64,000 nucleotides of DNA from an uncultured bacterium (GTDB lineage: Bacteria > Patescibacteriota > Minisyncoccia > UBA6257 > 2-01-FULL-56-20), in the NCBI GenBank assembly GCA_963718515.1, contig OY970354.1, forward strand, positions 302,363 through 366,362, given 5' to 3'. The notes under the pieces are model-generated. The model saw only the letters and a list, made by a program, of their open reading frames with translations, searched no databases and had not been told where the DNA came from. The position numbers and the translations under genes were made by a program. Each line of letters begins with the position of its first letter. The stretch's first letter is position 1. This document shows positions 62,635-64,000 of the stretch, in pieces.

Positions 62635-64000
62635 ATGAAAAGGTCGATCACCATATTCATCGTCCTCACGGGCGTCGCGATGGCGTCGTTATTCGCAGCG
62701 CCCGGAGACGCCCGCGCGACATCATTCTCCGTCAAGCTACCATATGCAAAAGGGGAGAGCTTTGTTTTGGTCCAAGGCTATAACACTCTGCCCACGCATA
62801 TAAAAAAAGATAGTTACGCTTTGGATCTCAGCCAGGACGGGTGCGCGGCGTATGGAAAGTCTGCGGTTGCTGTGGTGGCGGGGAAGGTGATGCTTGTGAG
62901 CCAGGAAGGATATAACGGGGGATATGGCACGGAACTTATCATTGATCACGGCGGGAATATCGTGAGTCGGTATGCGCATATGATACCCGGGAGCATTACC
63001 GTGGCTTCGAATGACTCCATCAGACAAGGCGAGATCATTGGCCGCATCGGTGATACGGGTCTTGTTGCCGGCGCGGCGTGTGAAACCCATCCGGGAACTC
63101 ATCTCCATTTTGCGATGGACACGGTGAATGGCGATGGGACTTTCGCTGCATATGACCCCGAACCGATTTCCGGATATACCAACATGACAGTGGGGAGGTG
63201 GTATCTCTCTGACAACGCCGAGGATGATGCGGGTGGAACGGCAATGATTGGCGCGGTGCTCGGGGCGTACGATGCAGTGACGACGAGTGCGGTAGGTGCT
63301 GCTGTCGCCACCACGACGCCAGTGTTCTCGCCCGCGCCTGGCGTTGCGACTACCACGACCCTCAGCACCACCACCACAAAGAACATAATTCCTTTAGGCG
63401 GAGTTTCCGTGACGCTTCCGTCCCCAACTCCGGCGCCAGCGCCAGATAGTTCTGTTGCCTCCGATAGCGTATTAGCCGCGCCATCGTCAACGATGGTCAT
63501 TGGTACAACGACCATGACTACTACTCCATCCGCCGTTCCCAGCGATGTTCTTTTCGAACAGCTCGATCAAAGTATCAGTTCCCAGCCGAGTTGGTATGGC
63601 GACAATTGGTTCGATCTGGGCAACGGTTGGAGCGGCACGCTGAATGCACTGACCCTCGTTGGCAGGGTGAACGGTCCGAGATATGTTCCGTCACATATTG
63701 CACTGCAGGAGTTCAAGGATCCCAATTATACGGCGATGATACAGCAGTTTGCTATTGATGATAGCGCGCTGCTCACGTCGCTCATGGCTACCACCACGTT
63801 CAATGGATTTTCGATCCTTCTCAAGCCATATTTTTATTATCGTTTGACGACGCTTCAGGATCTTCAGAATGTGAGCGTCATTCTTGCGGGGACGGCGAGT
63901 ACGACCGCGGGTGTCGCCATGTGGGATAACTTCATTTACGGCGAGGGCGGCGTGCAATCCACGAGCACATTCTTTCCGTTTATGGTGATGGAGGGCGTTG
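62635..64000 (+). CDS. secreted M23 (LytM-type) peptidase-domain protein, 3' end outside window (not in ORF track)
   Basis: The ATG at 62635 opens a frame that stays open to the window end. Signal peptide (IFIVLTGVAMASLFAAPGDARA). IIDHGGNIVSRYAHM and GDTG...THPGTHLHFAM are the M23 HxxxD / HxH motifs. Confidence 0.75.
   Translation, partial: MKRSITIFIVLTGVAMASLFAAPGDARATSFSVKLPYAKGESFVLVQGYNTLPTHIKKDSYALDLSQDGCAAYGKSAVAVVAGKVMLVSQEGYNGGYGTELIIDHGGNIVSRYAHMIPGSITVASNDSIRQGEIIGRIGDTGLVAGAACETHPGTHLHFAMDTVNGDGTFAAYDPEPISGYTNMTVGRWYLSDNAEDDAGGTAMIGAVLGAYDAVTTSAVGAAVATTTPVFSPAPGVATTTTLSTTTTKNIIPLGGVSVTLPSPTPAPAPDSSVASDSVLAAPSSTMVIGTTTMTTTPSAVPSDVLFEQLDQSISSQPSWYGDNWFDLGNGWSGTLNALTLVGRVNGPRYVPSHIALQEFKDPNYTAMIQQFAIDDSALLTSLMATTTFNGFSILLKPYFYYRLTTLQDLQNVSVILAGTASTTAGVAMWDNFIYGEGGVQSTSTFFPFMVMEGV

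Noticed and set aside
1-64000. An alternative genetic code (UGA recoding as in Gracilibacteria/Absconditabacteria) as an explanation for the broken genes.
   Set aside because: The interruptions are frame changes, not in-frame stops. TGA, TAA and TAG all terminate well-supported genes here: TGA ends the 612-1976 gene, and TAA ends pilC and cyoB.

Overview
The window looks like a small-genome, Patescibacteria/CPR-like bacterium; this is an inference from gene content only (many prepilin-type proteins, lamin-tail-domain protein, giant S/T-rich surface proteins, compact housekeeping operons). It uses the standard code, and TGA, TAA and TAG all serve as stops.

Gene layout:
- 1-15.4 kb: a type IV pilus / surface-protein locus with the pilC 3' end, two pilin-like genes, a 1123-aa repeat protein, a 598-aa Ig/PG-binding protein, a 1928-aa giant protein and a PilM-like gene.
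- 15.4-26.7 kb: housekeeping genes pth, lepB, hisS, rpsU, yqeY, ybeY, ftsA, ftsZ, rmuC, an RRM protein, a MutY-like glycosylase, a GH18 and a methyltransferase.
- 26.8-31.5 kb: a terpene-cyclase-like fusion protein with a two-component system and an odd tRNA-like gene.
- 31.7-36.4 kb: a complete cytochrome bo3-type quinol oxidase operon, cyoABCDE.
- 37.2-48 kb: two PcsB-like wall hydrolases, a pilin-YHYH fusion and a second 1951-aa giant paralog.
- 48.3-55.0 kb: a lower-GC accessory island next to tRNA-Asn.
- 55.7-59.6 kb: nrdAB.
- 60.3-64 kb: a lamin-tail-domain protein and an M23 peptidase.

Main hunt results:
1. The island is built from two adjacent inverted-repeat-bounded cassettes. A 266-bp perfect IR pair encloses a DUF262/DUF1524 nuclease-like gene plus two unknown genes. 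A 103-bp IR pair copied from the tRNA-Asn downstream flank encloses a HEPN gene, its partner and a large serine recombinase. All three junctions share a GAGCA core.
2. Ten single-nucleotide frameshifts (nine +1-type) sit in conserved genes, while ORFs of 3.4-5.9 kb are intact.
3. An atypical tRNA-like gene has an ambiguous or expanded anticodon loop.
4. A ~200-aa module recurs in five full copies (plus a short fragment in the 94-aa ORF) and is fused to pilin N-termini and giant proteins. A 196-nt near-identical tract sits at the 3' ends of the two giant paralogs.
5. There is a class II + class I terpene-synthase-like fusion.
6. Many genes have a -10 box 6-7 nt upstream of the start codon, implying leaderless mRNAs.

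All family assignments come from motif recognition by eye; no searches were run.
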